From assembly GCA_030704615.1 (NCBI GenBank), contig CM060731.1, positions 72,478,001 through 72,542,000 of the forward strand: a DNA stretch of 64,000 nt, read 5' to 3'. Of the stretch, positions 61,958 through 64,000 are shown one piece after another (position 1 is the first letter of the stretch; each line of letters opens with the position of its first letter). The notes beneath the pieces are model-generated. The model saw only the letters and a list, made by a program, of their open reading frames with translations, ran no database searches and was not told the DNA's origin. The stretch comes from Takakia lepidozioides. Its lineage: Eukaryota > Plantae > Bryophyta. The translations under genes and the position numbers were made by a program.

Positions 61958-62257
61958 TGCGCACGCGCCAGGTGCGCACTAGCACGTGAACTCCCAAAGA
62001 AGGCGCAAGTTTCCTTGCCCCTTGGATGGGGGTCACCCGATTTCGGCACTACGCAAACACATGATTAACCCAATTTATCTCTCCCACTTTTGTAAGCTAG
62101 CATGCATTCTACACACTAGCCAACCATACCATGCATCACCATTCCAAACAAAATAGGACGCACAACATTTGGAAGCCATTTCATTTATAGCACGTTTTGT
62201 AGAATACAAGTTTTTGCAATCGGATTCCTAAGCTAGCTAAGCCGGGCTAAGCATGCA
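61958..62257 (-). mobile_element. Probable 3' LTR (~300 bp, TG..CA) of the chromovirus
   Basis: On the minus strand it starts TGCATGC right after the polypurine tract GGGGGAGGAAA and ends GTGCGCA. Confidence 0.55.
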
Positions 62258-62291
62258 TTTCCTCCCCCACGCTCCAAGGTTGATGTCCCCA

Positions 62292-64000
62292 TCAACGCTT
62301 CTTCCGCTTTTGAGGTCGCCCTTCGAAAGTTGCAACCGCCTCAGATGCGTGTCCCATTTCTGAGGCACGCACCCAAGATGCCTCCACATGATGATAGCCC
62401 TTCCATTTGACGAGATACTCCGTTTCTCGGTTCTTGAACCTCCTCGACTTAAGTATTGCCTCCACCTTGTACTCAGGTTCATTTTCATGATCCAACAGCA
62501 TAGGTGGCGGACGCAACACTTGATGCCGATTCGGACGCGCTTCATCTTTGAAGTAAGGCTTCAAAAGGGAGACATGGAATACTGGGTGCACCTTGCTGTT
62601 TGCCGGCAGCTCCAATTCATACACATCCTCATTCATAACCTTCCGAATGCGAAAGGGTCCCGCATACGGAGGTACGAACTTCGAACTCACTTCCGGAGGT
62701 AGTCAGAAATTCTTGATGTTCAACCAGACCTCCGTGCCTGCCTCAAACTTCACTTCCCTCTGCTTCCGATTCGCCTGCCTTTCATACCGTTTCCTAGCTT
62801 TGGCAATGTTGTACTTTGCGAGCTTCAACAAACGCTCGCGTTCTTCCAGTACCGCCGGTACTGCCGGTTCCTCAACATCCTGGGCGGCCCAACTTGTCGG
62901 CACCAGAGGTGCTTTTCCATAGACCAATACGAAAGGGGAAACTCCCGTTGCGGAGTGTTCTGTGTTATTATAACAGAACTCTGCCGCGTCTAAGTGTTCC
63001 ACCCAGTCTGTTTGGTCTGCCGACACGTAATTCCGCAAGATCTGCTTCACTACGGAATTCACTCTTTCTGTTTGGCCGTCGGTCGTAGGTCGGAAGGCGG
63101 TGCTCATCTTCAGCCTCGTCCCCATCTTCTTCCAAAGTGCCCTCCAAAATTTACTCGTAAACTTTGGATCGCGGTCCGAGACAATATCCTTCGGGACTCC
63201 ATGATTGCTTTAAGACATGGGCGAAGTAAAGTCGCCCTGTTTCATGCGCCGTAGCCGTCTTCTTGGTGGGGATGAAATGACCCATTTTACTGAACCTATC
63301 CACCACCACCATGATTGCATCGAATCTTTTTTACAGCGGCATAGCAGTCATGAAATCCATCGAGACGCTTTCCCAAGTCCCCCCTGGAATCGGCAAGGGC
63401 TGTAACAGCCCCGCTTGTTTTTTGTACTCGCTCCGGTTTTGTTGGCATGTTGTGCATGTCTTGACATACTCCTCTGCCTCCTCCCTGAGTTTGGGCTAGA
63501 AATACTCTTTCTTCAAGAGTGCCGCGGTGCGCTTGGCTCCGCCGTGGCCCGCAAGCGGGCTATCATGGCATTCTCTCAAGAGACTATCTCTGATCCCTCC
63601 TTTCGGCACGTAGAGACGTTTTTGCTTATACCGGAGCAGTCCATTTTGCAAGTGGAACTGCGATTTAACCCCCATCCTCAAGTCCTGCATCACGGACTTC
63701 GCCAGCTCATCCTTCCGGCAAGCCTTTCGAATCTTCCTTTGGAGCGCCGTCTCGCCCTTGTACACCAACAAGAGCTGCTGCTTTCTACTTAAAGCATCGG
63801 CCACCACGTTGTCTCATCCCGGTTTGTACTGGATATCCACGTCAAACACCGCCAAAGTATCTTGCCACCTAAGTTGTTTTGGGGACAACTTGGGCTGCGT
63901 GGCAAAATACTTCACCGTGACATTGTCCGTGAACACCTTCACTGGGTTGGAACCAACATAGTGGCGCCAAAGCTCAAGACAGTGCACCACCGCCTTCATC
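62292..64000 (-). mobile_element. Ty3/gypsy chromovirus pol 3' part: RNase H, integrase, chromodomain (degenerate; runs off the window)
   Basis: LELWRHY..TDN, VADALSRK, ECHDSPLAGHGG, TDGQTERVN, YAGPF, VHPVFHVSLLKP and the chromodomain EYKVEAILKSR..EYLVKWKGY..ASWV. Confidence 0.95.

Overview
Repeat-rich nuclear DNA from a land plant, most likely a non-seed plant (spliceosomal introns, PLS-type PPR fragments, TTTAGGG repeats, CYP716-like and RDR genes). One host gene looks intact: an RNA-dependent RNA polymerase (RDR1/2-like, 39913-34661, minus strand), convergent with a degenerate CYP716-like P450. The rest is nested mobile DNA: CACTA ends enclosing captured GT2, PPR and OSB-like fragments, Ty3/gypsy remnants, a chromovirus and a Ulp1-carrying Mutator-like element (MULE). 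The main result is a 12.7-kb MULE (44977-57702) with imperfect TIRs and a 10-bp TSD, plus a rearranged second copy at about 7746-23363. It has three parts: (i) a WRKY/GCM-like-DDE-SWIM transposase; (ii) a divergently oriented multi-exon gene fusing a ParB/Srx-like domain (WDGNHR) to a beta-class amino (N6A/N4C) DNA methyltransferase-like domain; (iii) between them, an array of about 21 (copy B) or about 38 (copy A) palindromes AAACAGTGTGCG-N4-CGCACACTGTTT at about 116-bp spacing. This may be a transposon-borne ParB-MTase plus parS-like array system, possibly for self-marking or anti-silencing. Domain calls were made by eye from motifs and need HMM or structure confirmation.
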